From the NCBI RefSeq assembly GCF_009914755.1, contig NC_060943.1: DNA of 64,000 nucleotides, one strand, 5' to 3'. Position 1 is the first letter of the stretch. Each line of letters opens with the position of its first letter. This DNA is from the human T2T-CHM13v2.0 reference genome, Homo sapiens. A program made the translations under genes and the position numbers. A model generated the notes under the pieces. It ran no database searches, had not been told where the DNA came from, and saw only the letters and a list, made by a program, of their open reading frames with translations. Positions 15,101 to 34,056 of this stretch are shown here, in pieces.

Positions 15101-18100
15101 TGAGAACTGTAGGGAGTGAGTTAAGCATAGTTTGTGATTTTGAAGGCCTCTAAAAGTATTAGAGCAGCAGCAGCTGCTGCACACAGAGATGAGGGCTAGT
15201 CTAAAACAGTAAGGTCAAGTTGTTTGGACAGAAAGGCTACAGGGTGCAGTCCCAGCTCTTGTGTAAGAATTCTGACTGCACAGCCCTGTACTTCAGCTGT
15301 GTGTAATGAAAAGGGTTGGGATGAGTTAGGGAGAGCAGCTTTTAGGGTTGTTTTTTAAGGAATGGAAAGGGGAATGGGGAAAGGATTTAGGATTTATGGG
15401 GTCAGCTAAGTTTCCTTTTGTGAGTTTATATAATGGTTTAGTCAGGATGGCAAAACCAGATATCCAAAGGAGAAAGTACCTTAACCATGCCTAGGAAGGA
15501 AAGGAGTTGTTGTTTGTAGAAGGGGTTGGGGTTTGGGAGATTAGCCGGACACAATCAGCAGGGAGAGCACGTGTGTTTTTATGAAGAAAGGTGCTGAGAT
15601 AGGTAACGGATGAGGAAGAAATTTGGGCTTTGGAGGGGGATATGCAATATCCTTTTGAGAATAGATGTTGGAGGAGCAGGAGGGTGCCCTGTTGGGAAGA
15701 CTTGTAGGGTGGGCTATAAAGGAGAAGGTTGTCAAAATTTTGAATAAGGTGAGAAGCAGATGGACAGAAAGAAAGTAAATCATGAGAAAGGGCTTGACTG
15801 AAGTAATGGGGGCTGTCCCTGAAGCCTTGTGGCAGTACAGCCCAGGTAAGTTGCTGGGACTGATGGGTGTCAGGGTCAGTCCAAGTGAAAGTGAAGAGAG
15901 GCTGGGATGAAGGGTGTAAAGGAATAGTAAAGAAAGCATGTTTCAGATCCAGAACAGAATAATGGGTTGTGGAGGGAGGTATTGAGGATAGGAGAGTATA
16001 TGGGTTTGGCACTATGGGGTGGATAGGCAAGACAATTTGGTTGATAAGGCAAAGATCTTGGACCAGCCTGTAAGACTTGTCTGGTTTTTGGACAGGTAGG
16101 ATAGGAGAGTTGTAAGGAGAGTTTGTAGGCTTTAAGAGGCCATGTTGTAACAGGCTGGTGGTAACAGGCTTTAACCTTTTTAAAGCCTGCTGTGGGATGG
16201 GATATTGGCGTTGAGCATGGTAAGGGTGATTAGATTTTAATGGGATGATAAGGGGTGCATGATCAGTCGCCAAGGAGGGAGTAGAGGGATCCCATGCTTG
16301 TGGATTAAGGTAGGGAGATACAAGGGGAGGATTCGAAGGAGGCTATGAACTGGGGAAAAGGGTGGCAGTGAGGTGTGGCTGTAGCCCAGGAATAGTCAGG
16401 GAAGCAGATAATTTAGTTAAAATGTCTTGACCTAATAAGGTAACTGGGCAAGTGGGGATAACTAAAAAGGAGTGGATAAAAGAATGTTGTCCAAGTTGGC
16501 ACCAGAGTGGGGGAGTTTTAAGGGGTCTCGCAGCCTGGCCGTCAATACCCACAACAGTTATGGAGGTAAGGGGAACAGGCCCTTGAAAAGAAGGTAATGT
16601 GGAGTGGGTAGCCTCCATATTGATCAAGAAGGGGATGGACTTACCCTCCACTGTAAGAGTTACCTAAAGCTGTGATGGTCCAGGAGGTTTCCAAGGTGAT
16701 CGGGCAGCGTCAGTCTTCAGCCACTAAGCTGAGAAGATCTGGGAAGGAGTCAGTCAGAGAGCCTTGGGCCAGAGTTCCAGGGGCTCTGGGAGTGGCTGCT
16801 AGGCGAATTGGACAGTCTGATTTCCAGTGGGGTCCGCACAGATGGGACATGGCTTAGGAGGAATCCCAGGCTGTGGGCATTCGTTGGCCCAGTGGCCAGA
16901 TTTCCAGCACTTGAAGCAAGATCCTGGGGGAGGAGGTCCTGGAGGAATGCCTGGCTGCTGTGGTTTAGGAGTTTCAAAGTTCTTGTGTGCTAGAAATGTG
17001 TGGGTGGGGTTTCTCTCACAGTGGAGGCAAGTAATTGCAACTCAGAAATATGTTGGCACTTGGCTGCCTCTTTTTTATTATTGTACACCTTGAAGGCGAG
17101 GTTAATTAAGTTCTTTTGTGGGGTTTGAGGGCCGGAATCTAATTTTTGGAACTTTTTCTAATATCGGGACTGGATTGGATAATAAAATGCATATTGAGAA
17201 TAAGACAGCCTTCTGGCCCCTCTGGGTCTAGGGCAGTAAAGCATCCAAGGGTTGTTGCCAAATGGGCCATGAACTGGGCTGGGTTTTTATATTTGGTGAA
17301 AAAGAGCCTAAATGCTAACTGATTTGGGAAAGGTCTGATAGAGAAAAAGGAGCATTAACCTTGACTATGCCTTTAGCTCCAGCCACCTCTTTGAGAGGAA
17401 ATTGTTGGGCAGGTGGCGGAGGGCTAGTTGTGGTACAAAACTGTAAGCCAGACCAGGTGTGAGGAGGGGAGGTGATAGAAGGATTATAGGGTGGGGGAGT
17501 GGAGGCCGAGGAAGAATTGGGACCTGGCTCAGCCTGGCGAGGAGCAGCCTGGGGAGGAGGGGAGAGGTCAGATGAGTCTGTAGTAAAGGAGGATTCAAAG
17601 GACTCAGAGCTTGGGGTGGAGACTGAAGGAACAGTCAGGAGAGAAAGAAGGATTTGGGATGGGTCGCATTGTGAGCAGAGACTAGGGAGGAACCGAGGTG
17701 TAAAAGAATGCCTGGACATCAGGCATCTCAGACCGTTTGCCCATTTTTTGACAAAAATTATCTAGGTCTTGTAGAATGGAGAAATCAAAAGTGCCATTTT
17801 CTGGCCATTTAGAGCCATTATCAAGTTTGTATTGACACCAAGTAATGTTGCAGAAGAAAATAAAATGCTTAGGTTTTAGGTCAGGTGAGAGTTGAAGAGG
17901 TTTTAAGTTCTTAAGAACACAGGCTAAGGGAGAAGAAGGAGGAATGGAGGGTGGAAGGTTGCCCATAGTGAAGGAGGCAAGCCCAGAGAAAAGAGAGGGT
18001 AGAGACATGGAGGAGGAGGGAGTGGTACTTGCCACCCAGGGGAGGTGGTGCTTGCCACCCAGGGGAGGTGGTACTTGCCACCAAGGTGAAGGATCAAGGC

Positions 18101-18490
18101 AGGCATCCCCGCAGTGATCAGACATCCCTGAAATGTGGGTGAATAATCAGGCAGGCATCCCCACAGTGATTAAACACCAACGGAAGACTGTCTGGAGTGA
18201 CCAGCGCTGGAGTTTTGAGTTTATGGATAAAACACGTCTCTTCTGTCTCTACCAGAAAGGGAAAGGAACCAAAATTAAGGAAGGGAGAGATTGAAGGGTG
18301 GAGCAACAGCAAGAGAGGTTGGAGAAGAGAGTGAAAAGACCGCTTACCTGATTTGAAATTGGTGAGATGTTCCTTGGGCTGGTTGGTCTGAGGACCCAAG
18401 ATGGTAGGTGGATCTCCTCATGGAGTGAGGGTGAGGACAGGGGACTGGTCTCCCGAAGGAGTCCCCCTCCCCCGGGTCTTTGGCACCAAA

Positions 18491-19381
<891 letters not shown>

Positions 19382-20478
19382 CTAATAACTGTAAGTTTCT
19401 GTTTTTCGTCTGAGCTGCATAACAAAGGTCACAAGACATGTTCGAGTAAGCCTAGATTGTAGCCCTCCAGGCACCACAGCAAAGGACATAAGTTTGGACA
19501 AGATTCCTTTGAGCATAAGCTAGATAACAGCCATCGGGGCCACATAGCAAGAGACACACGTAAACCTGAGTTATGAACCTGTCACTGTTTGATAAACTGC
19601 CTTTGTTCTGCTTCTGTACATTCACTTTTCATGCCACTCAGAAGAAGGTGTATAAGCAAGACCCTGTCTTTGTTCAGGGCGCAGTTTTTGGATGTTAAGT
19701 CTGCTGGGTCTGAGTGTACTCAATAAAGATGCTCCTGTATTTCACCCTCAGGTCTCTCTGGTCCTCCTGATTCCTGCAACAACACAATCACTCACTGCCT
19801 TTTTTGGCTGAGGATGGGGGCTCCCCTTGTCCCCTGTGGCTCTCCAGTGTTGGTTTTATGATACATCAAAAACTAATATTATACTTTCATATTCTCATTG
19901 CTTGTTTCATATCAGTGGCAGCAATTTTTCCAAATAATTTAGTATACAATTAAAGTGGCAATGTAGAGTTTACTTAATGGACTTGTTATAATTAGGAACC
20001 AGTTTTATACACAGAGAATCCATAAAAATACAACTTTTTTGCTATTTTATCCTTTGGCTATGCAAAAAGTTGTTCAATGTTTACTGTAGGTGTTTGTTTT
20101 AAGCATGCAATACAGTTTATAGTGGAGATACCTTCTGACAAGAAGTAAACACCCAGAAGTGATTTTTGTCTTCATTAGAACTCATTACTATTTGTCTGTT
20201 TTCCAAGATGATACGATACATCATGATCTTATATTTTAAAATTCTGTTTCTATATGTAATTTAAATAAGTTATTTTACTTATACAATTAATGTTTCATTC
20301 TGTATTTAAATTTCCTGTAAGAAATATTCCTTGATTTAATAATGAGGAGCTTTGTTATTTTTTTAAAATATGGTGACATGTTTCTTTATAATTATGTACA
20401 ATTTTTTTTACTTCTAGCAACATAAATACTGAGTCATTTATTCTTTATTGCTCATACCCCAGGGTAGTTGTTGAGTTA

Positions 20479-20610
<132 letters not shown>

Positions 20611-21439
20611 TTAAATTGTTTAATCTAGCATCTTTACTCCTACAACTTGCAGTACCATTCTTTGTTCCAGCACATTGGATGTCACCTCTATATCAGTTGG
20701 TCCTGTCCCAATAGTGGCAGAATGATATCAAAAAGTGAAGGTCTCAGTGTAATATGAAGCCTCAGTTTTTAAAATAAGTATGTATATCTGTTGGATATTC
20801 TGGTGGTAGTCTCAAAAGGATGACCTGATAAACTGACAGGCATCTTTAATTAATGGGACAACACTGAGAGGTATTCATATGGCAATAAAAAGAGAATAGA
20901 AGAGTTAAGCAATAAGCCACCCACACCGCTCTGTGAGCATAATGGATATGATCACACCCACATTGCCAAGTGTGTCTGCCAAAACATATGGAAATACATC
21001 TTTCTTCTAGCACTCATGCCTCATTAATGGCTGTAACTGTTTCACAGTCATGGTGTCCACGTATATGATACTAATGGCTATGATTAGATGAGTCACATCT
21101 TCATTGAGTAGCTCAATAGGTATTGTTATGGGCATAGATACCAATCAGGTTTACTACCAGCCCCGTAGCTGAGACTGGTGTTAATATGTGTATCTAGTCC
21201 TAGAGGATCAATTGAACCACTGACTAACACAAAAACAAGTTTTGCCATTAGAAAAATCTATTAATAGAAACCCAAACCTCACCATTATGAAGTATATCCA
21301 TGTAACAACCTGTAAATGTACACCCCGAGTCTGTACAAATAAAAAAGATTACATTATGATGAAATGGTGAAACAGAAAGCTTTGTTACATGGAACTTTTC
21401 CTGTTGCATTCAAAACTGCTTCATTAAATAGTCCTGCAG

Positions 21440-21665
21440 AATAGACTCTACGACTTTCAAAGCTAGGAGAAATTGGAGTGACCAGTTTATTCCTTTTATG
21501 AAGAATTATCCCTGAGATGCCGAACATCTGTGTGTCAGAAGCTCCCAGCTAACTTTCAAAAGGCAGTTTAATTTCCAATAATAGTAATTCAACAAAACTG
21601 AGAGTTTAAATTAGGCAATTTAACTAATAGGCAAGTATTCTTTGTTGTGCTTCACATTTATTTTG
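21440..21665 (+). mobile_element. pogo/Tc2-type (Kanga-like) DNA transposase fossil
   Basis: FKARRNWSDQF (21456), LSLRCRTSVCQKLPANF (21506), LGNLTNRQVFF (21611) follow the CENP-B HTH to DDE-start motifs FKASxGW / LSLRxRT..QKLP / GNADETPVFF. Confidence 0.65.
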
Positions 21666-21714
21666 GAGGTCCAAGATCTGCAATTATGACAAAAACCACC
21701 ACCACCACCTGAGG

Positions 21715-22160
21715 GTACATTCTGTTTGGCCTTAAATAATTATAGTGGCCCCCACCCCATGTCAGAAATTGGTTTCAGAGTGGACTAGTGACCCTGTTTT
21801 TCCAATGAGAAAGGAAAAAAGCTGTGGGGCTTCTAGGAAGGTCCCTCCTTCCTAAGAAAAAGACTGAGAATCTCTTTGGATCTCTGGACATTGCTGTGTT
21901 TGGATGTGATACCAGAACTGTTCCATCCATGTGCCAGGAGCCTGGAGGCGAAACCAGTACAGTCAGGACCACAAAGCATAGATGAACACAAGCTGGGACC
22001 TTGAGGACATGGATGAGTGGCTGAATCAAACAGCCCTAAAACTTGTTTGACCTTAGAACTTTCAAATATGTTAGAGAATAGATTTTCTAATAGCTTAAGC
22101 CTGCAGAGGAGGAGTGGGAGTAGACAGCTTGTCGCTGTGATGGCTGCCAGTGGCTGAAAG
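21715..22160. mobile_element. MLT1-type MaLR LTR
   Basis: Resembles old MLT1J/K consensus; from memory. Confidence 0.5.
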
Positions 22161-22799
22161 TGATTTGGAAGAATCATCACATTCTGGATGTAATGTAATG
22201 TTTTGGTTTGGTTTTTACAAATCTGCTATCAAATTGATGATGTGGCTCATACTTGGTAATGGTGTCAAGGAAATACAGTACATTAGAGCTGCTGCTCAGA
22301 GTGGAAAGGTGCATGTTAGGAAAGAGGTCAATTCCTTCAAAACACTTGTAAGTTTGTTTTAATACCAATTGAAATACAAATGGAATTTTCTTGGAGAAAA
22401 GAAAAAGTCTATTAATAAATTGAGAGAGAATTTCTATTTGGGTGCACCCATAGGAGAAAAATCCCATTGCATTCCATCTTTTCATCAGGGCAGCAATAAA
22501 TATCATGACTAAAACACATCTGTCATAGAGTGTGTGAAATACATCTGAGATGAGACCCAGACTGCTGGTCAACACATCATAGAATGATTCTACAGAGGCA
22601 AAAAGCGTTCCGTCCTCTCTTAGAGGGAGATGAAAAGACGTTGGTAGACAAAATGAAGACCTAGTACTCACTATCACTCCTCCAGACAGGATGTGTTCTG
22701 CACTTTCCTGGTATGCCATTTTGTTCATAGCCTGAAGTCAGACTGTTGTTGGATGTATTCAGAAATTTCCAAAGCACTAATAAAAACAGGAAAGGATCA

Positions 22800-23161
<362 letters not shown>

Positions 23162-23326
23162 CTACCCTAATTAAATGGGGTGTTCAGCCGTTTTAGCCTT
23201 GAGATCATCACTGTCAAAAAACAGCAATAAATAGATGACAGCAATAATGAAGAAAGCAGTCCCCTGTATTGAAGTTCTGCTCTGTGTTACAAAAAGAGCT
23301 TGGTTTATGGCTGTATTTCTTAGAGA

Positions 23327-23864
23327 TGAGAGACAAAATATACAGACAATGGCCAGACCACATATAAAAACAGAACTCTGACCCATAACCTACAGCAGCC
23401 TGCCTAGGAAATCAACCCACTTTTCTACAATAAACAGCCCAGGAAGCCACTTGCTGTAAGTCACACTTGTAGGAAGTCAGACTTTCTCTGGTAACAATCC
23501 AGGAAACTAAACAGTAACTCCAGTAACAGTCAGCTCCAAATGGCCAGGACTTTATTAATAACTGACAACTTCCCAAATTTTTGTTCCTGTTTCTAACTTA
23601 GGAGCAACGTAGGAAAGCCAAATACGTACCCTAAACCAATCCCATAGGATGCTGTGCATCTAGTTAGCTATCCTCAGCTTCCCCATGCCAACAGCCTCCA
23701 ATCAGGGAACATGCGAAAAAAAGGGTGATACCTTTTCCACTATAAAGCTTTCCTACTCCTCTGCTGGTCTTTGAGTCTCTCCCAAAATGGAAGTGATGGT
23801 GGCTGACTTCTTTGTTGTAGAATAGATAGCCTTTACTTTCTTATTTGGTTAGTCTTTGTTTTCA
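23327..23864 (+). mobile_element. MER31-like ERV1 LTR
   Basis: GAACTCTGACCCATAACC...CAGGAAGCC motif, TATAAA box, CA end. Confidence 0.6.
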
Positions 23865-23906
23865 CAGAAGTTATTGGCGAACTCCATTTATTAAAGTCAT
23901 GGGTGC

Positions 23907-24261
23907 TGATATGGTTTGGCTCTGTGTCCCCACCCAAATCTTACCTTGAATTACCCCACATGTTAGGGAGGGACATGGTGGGAGGTGATTGGATCATGGG
24001 GGCAGTTTCCCTCATTCTTTTCTCGTGATAGTGAGTGAGTTCTCCTGAGATCTGATGGTTAAAAAGTGTGGCACTTTCTCCTTCTCTCTCTCCTGCCACC
24101 ATGTAAGATACGCCTTGGTTCCCCTTTGCCTTCTGCCATGATTTTAAATTTCCAGAGACCTTCCCAGCCAAGCGGAACTGTGAGCCAATTAAACCACTTT
24201 TCTTTATAAATTACCCAGTCTCAGGCAGCTCTTCATAGCAGTGTGAAAATTGACTAATACA
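23907..24261 (+). mobile_element. THE1/MST MaLR solo LTR inserted in a MER5-like element
   Basis: TGATATGGTTTGG...CTAATACA termini; TSD GGTGC. Confidence 0.9.
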
Positions 24262-24347
24262 GGTGCTTTTTGAAAATGCAGTTTCCTGGACTCCCCACAG
24301 GTTTACAGAATCAGAATCTCTGGGAGTAAGGCCCAGAAATTTGCATT

Positions 24348-24551
24348 TTCATCCATAGCCCTAGTGGCTCTCATGCATACTAATATTGAGGACCAGTGTC
24401 CTAGAATATTTGGTGATTATCTTTCTCTGGCATTTGTATCACACCTATGTTCATCCATAGCCCTAGTGACTCTTGTGCATGCTAATATTGAGGACCAGTG
24501 TCCTAGAATATTTGGTGATTATCTTTCTCTGGTTTTCGTATCACAACTATG
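24348..24551 (+). repeat. 102-bp tandem duplication (2 copies)
   Basis: Copies start at 24348 and 24450; explains the internal repeat in ORF 24364-24756. Confidence 0.92.
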
Positions 24552-25222
24552 TTATGTGTATGAAATACCTAACTATCCCCACTTGTGTGTTTCAAAAGGT
24601 CCTTTTGCCTACAGGAGCAGGCTAAATCTCATGACATTCCCCACACTCAATCCTCACCCAGAATTCCTGAGCTCTGGGGAAGGTGCCATCTCCAGCCTGG
24701 TTTGCAAGCCAGAAACACAGGCTCTCTCTTACAGGGAAAATGAAAATACATTTTAAAAATGTGAATAACCCCCAAAATGTCAGGTAAGGCACATAAAACA
24801 AAAATAAGGCGGCGTCAGTAGAAAACACAAGACAAAATGAAATGCAGCGAATCACTGGAAATGTTGAGGGAAGTAGCAGTTCTGGGTCAGGGGAGGCAGA
24901 AACAGCTACAGCTTGGGAGCTGTGGCCAGTGTGTTCTCTGAGAGGTAGCTATGCAGACCCAAGCTAACAGCCAACCCCAGAAACCTCAGCCTGATTCAGA
25001 TTCACCTCAGGGTGAATCTGGTGACTCAGCCTGAGTGGGAGCAGTTTCACTACCCGACTCTCTGTGTAATTTAATCTTGTGTTTGCAGCCAATACCTAGC
25101 CAATACAGAAAATTAATGTATGGGAGGAGGCCAGCTGCTCTTGACATGGAAAGTTCAGATTATTTTCAAGCTTCAAGAAGGGAACCAGCGACAGGGATAA
25201 ATGAATGAGTAGAGCCACTTAC

Positions 25223-25670
25223 CAGCAAAAAGCGTTGGAATTTTTTCTATACCACTCCAGCCCCTCATTGCAGGGCTGCTGTAGAGAACTGATGTCCCCA
25301 GTTCTGCCCATCTCAGGTATACTCCAGGAGGCTCGCCGGCTGACAGCTTCCTTGCTCTGCCGCCTGTGTGAAGGGGCTGCCACTCTCTGTTCTCAGGTCT
25401 TGGTGACTGATGATGGGTCCATTTTTCCTTTTGTTGATGTTATAAGTGGGACTGTTAATTCTATTTTTGGATTGTTCATTTCCCAATCTTTTTTTTTATT
25501 ATTATACTTTAAGTTCTAGGGTACATGTGCACAACATGCAGGTTTGTTACATATGTATACATGTGCCATGTTGGTGTGCTGCACCCATTAACTCGTAATT
25601 TACATTAGGTATATCTCCTCATTTCCCAGTCTTTTAAGACATACCAAATAATTTTCTCTGTGAGTGTGAG
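25223..25670 (-). pseudogene. Putative relic MHC class I-like (MIC/MILL-type) alpha2-domain exon, interrupted by L1
   Basis: Acceptor and GTAAGT donor bracket 305 nt after L1 removal. Motifs HT...VC, NG..HQDLRT(E)EW, and W-x13-L-x3-C-x3-L-x2-Y. Confidence 0.55.
25489..25619 (-). mobile_element. Short 5'-truncated young L1PA 3' end
   Basis: L1PA 3'UTR terminus with poly-T; TSD CATTTCCCA(A/G)TCTTT at 25477 and 25620. Confidence 0.92.
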
Positions 25671-26639
25671 CTTACAGAAAAGAGCTCTCGTTGTCTTTCT
25701 GGCAGCAACACCGTTGATAATGCATTGCTGGCAATATCTACTTGTGGTTTTCTGTAAAAATGCTGTGAGTTTAAGGACATTTACCTAATAGTCTGACTGG
25801 GAAATCCTAGATTTTAGTAATTAAAAAAATACATTGCTTTGCCTCTAGCAAATAAGAACAATGTCTCTTTGCTGATTCAGATATATTGAATCTTTCCAAA
25901 GCATTTGCTTTAGTTAAAGCAATTTTTGATTAGTATTATTCTAATTAGAACAATTTTTAAATTTTTACAGATGAGGTTTCACTCTGTTGCACAGGCTAGT
26001 CTCGAAATTCTGGCCCCAAGGAATCCTCCTACCTCAGCCTCCTGGGTTGTGGGGATTACATGTGCTTGCTACTGAAGCGGGCCAATTAGTATTTTTTTAA
26101 TGGACAAGTTATAATTGTGTGCATTTATTTGATACAATGTGATGTTCTAATTCATGTAACGGAGTTCTGGGAAAGTCATACCAACCTACAGTGGTACCTT
26201 TGTGGAAAGATTAAATCAAGCTAATTAACATACCCATTACCTTGCTTATTATTTTTAGTTTTAATAGAGCCAGTAAATCTTTTCACACTCGAATTTAACT
26301 TATATTAAATTATTTATATTGTACAACTTACACAAGTTAAATTAATTAACTTGTTTATCTTATATTAAATTAGGCAATTATAATAACTAGTAAAAATTTT
26401 ATATACTGGTTTGGCATAAACTTAATTGATTGGAGTAAAAGTAGGCAAGGATTTGATTCTAAAATGAAGCCTTAAAATCTTGAGCTTTATTTTGACTATT
26501 TTTTTCTCATTATGTAAGGTACTTTATTATTTATTTTTAAAATAATTTTAAGCTTTAATTGAGCTAAGCCTATTCAGTAAGTTTTTCAGTATACCTAGAG
26601 AATAAAGGTTAATTGAGGCTGCAGTTAGGAAGATTTCTC

Positions 26640-26792
26640 TCTTTTTAAATTTTTATATTTTGTAGATATTTTGTAGGTATGAGGTGTCACTATGTTGCCC
26701 AGGCTGGTCTTGAACTCCTGGCCTCAAGTGATCATTTTACTTCTGCCTCTCAAAGTGCTAGGATTACAGGTGTGAGTCATTGCACCAGGCCA
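26640..26792 (-). mobile_element. Alu monomer (FLAM-like)
   Basis: Single left arm; a similar monomer lies at ~25955-26083. Confidence 0.75.
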
Positions 26793-26828
26793 AGAAGAAT
26801 TCTCTTAAAAGTCAATTTTTTTTTCTGA

Positions 26829-27185
<357 letters not shown>

Positions 27186-29497
27186 TACCATCTGTTCATT
27201 TTTAAAATGAATCTTGCTTGGGACTACAGGCCCCAGAATGGAGATAGCACTTCTTCCTGCAGGAACCAGGGACCACCTCACTCTCTTGACACTACAGAGC
27301 CTGCCTTCCTTAGCCCCTGCTTGTTAGGTGCTCCTAAATGCAACCTTTGTGGCCATACTTAGCATGCAGTGTCCTCCCTCAGGCTGTGAGCATACGTGGG
27401 GCTAATAATCTACTGTTGATTTTATCCACCCAGAATTAACGTCCTGTGTTTTGCCATCCCCACAGCCCTAGGGTGGGCATCCTTTTCTTATAAACAAGGT
27501 AAACAGGAGGCAATTAAAACAATAAAAAATTTTAAAGAGAAGTTTAGTGTTCATAAATGTCTTTAACATTAAACCACCGATAGTCTAGAGGCAGCCTTTC
27601 AAACTTCTATAAATTGGAATAGACTTTGGAGATGAATCATAACGGCTGAATAGATGCAGGTATGTTTGTCTCCCCCACAGAGAAAACCAGAATAGCAAGT
27701 AGATACTCACATTTCAAACAAATGGTCTAGGAGAGAATGCTGAGGTTCACCAGAGAAGAGATGGGAAGCACCAGAAGTAAGAAAAGGGTTTGAGGCAGCT
27801 TGCCCACCTGGGATTGACTGAGCTGGGAGAGGCTCCTGGAATGTGTGGGGAAGCAGTAAGAGAGAAAGCCCCTGGGCTCCACACTCCTAGACAGGCTTTT
27901 ATAATCTTGGCTGTGGGAGAAACCCCGGACTCATTAGGGCCTCCGGCCTGACATATGAAGCTGCCCAAAGATGTTGCTCCAGAAAGGGAACCCCCACACA
28001 CTCCCACAGGCATCTGAACCCTGGGCAGCCTCAGATGGGCACCATTTTGAGAGCCCAGACATCAGGTATCTACAGACAGCTGCTGCCACTTTACTGCTGC
28101 AAGGAGGCAGAGGGGAGACCAGGCACTCCCATGCACCCCTGGGAGAGTTACTGCCTCCCTGCTGAAGGCTGAAGTTGAGACTTACACGTGAGCAGACTGC
28201 ATTCCCCATAGCTTCTTGCCCATGCTGCTTGCCTGCGAGGGACCTCAGCCTCTCTGGTTGCAGGCCCAAGGTGCAGTTTCCATAGTTTAAGTTCAGGCTG
28301 TGCCCTGCCCTTGGCCTCAGTTTGAGTTGACATGGCTGCAGCTGTGGCCCGGTTTAGGAGGGACAGGGAGTCCAGACTCCCTTATACATACTCAAGATAA
28401 TACTCAACACCCTGCTATGGGATGATGCTTTTCTGGGAGGGATCTCTGTTTTGTCTGGTCACAAGCCCACAGCTGGCACCATTTTGAGAGTTTAACACTT
28501 GGCTGTGCCCCGCCCTCCAGGTGAGTTTGAGGTGATGAGTTCCACACCCTGCTGGGAGAGGAACAGGGTAGACTAAGCTCTCTTACCAAACAGGGTAGTC
28601 CAAGCTCTCCAGGGTACACCACACTTAGGACAGTGACCACTGCAGTACTACAAGTGACTGTGGGACTGGGGACAAGCCTGCCAACTGATCGCATCTTCTT
28701 GTAACACCAACATGGAGGGCTTGGGTCCCAGTGAGCTGTTCTACCACTGCTACTGCTATCTCCCATGCCACACCAGCTGCCCAGAGGTCTGAGAACCTGC
28801 CCACACACAGGGATCATCGTTCCCACTGCAAGCTTCTAAGCCAGACATCTGGAGGCCCAAGAATCAGCCCCTAGAACCTACTGACTGGAGCCAGGGTATG
28901 CTGCTCTGGGGCCTAAAAACAGTCATTCTCATCCCACTGCTGCTACTACTGGGGCCAAAGACTGGCTTAGTTGACGTCCAAGTTCCCAGTTAAACTTTAC
29001 TACAACCTCAACTAATAGCTGTAGCTTAAGCCACTGAGGAAATCACAGATACCACTGACCCTGAATACTGCCAAAGAAGTCATGCAAAGACCACTCTACT
29101 GCAGGTCAATTGGGATAATTTCCCTAACCCCTTCACAAGACTTGTGACAGAGGTGCCTCACTCGCTCAGCCTGTAGTGCTCAATTGCTCACCAGTGGGTG
29201 GGGTGGGGTGGGGGTGCAGCTTGCCGGCAAGGGGATGCAGGAGCCCGGGTAGGTGTGTTTTGGGCACTGGCAGGAGCACAACTGTGTACTGGCCCTGCAG
29301 CAGCATCTGGGGGATGCCCACAACTCATGAAGCCTCAGAGGGAGTGTTACAGTCAGTGCTCTTTTGGCTCTGCCATCCATGAATGGCTTAGGTGTTGAAC
29401 AGCTCGGTGTGACAGCCCTCTGTATCCTGAGCTCCTGCTCAGTGTCCAGGAAGAATCAGGTTGCATGAACGAATTGAAGATGGTAAATGTGGGGGAT

Positions 29498-29503
29498 TTT
29501 ATT
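29498..29503 (-). terminator. Poly(A) signal AATAAA of IGFL3, inside an LTR
   Basis: AATAAA about 230 nt downstream of the TAA stop on the minus strand. Confidence 0.8.
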
Positions 29504-29736
29504 GCCGATGAAAGTGGCTCTCAGCGGGAAGGGGAGCTGGAAAGGGGATGAAGCAGGAAGGCATTCTTCCCCTGAAGTCTGGCCATCCCCAGCTGGGCTC
29601 CTCTCCAAAGCTATGTCATTGAGCCATCCCTCTGAAGTCAAGTTGCTTCTCTCCGAAGTTCAACTGTAGTCTCCGATGTCCAGCTGCTTCGTCTCTTCTC
29701 CCCTTGTCTGCCGTCTGCCAGTGGAGCCTGGGGTTT

Positions 29737-34056
<4,320 letters not shown>

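Noticed and set aside
15491-16273. 260-aa HERV-H RT ORF as a functional or domesticated gene
   Set aside because: YxDD is decayed to NFDN and neighbouring pol segments are frameshifted.
22177-22728. 183-aa minus-strand ORF in non-repeat-looking sequence
   Set aside because: No recognisable domain or gene structure; probably chance or the antisense shadow of degraded plus-strand sequence.
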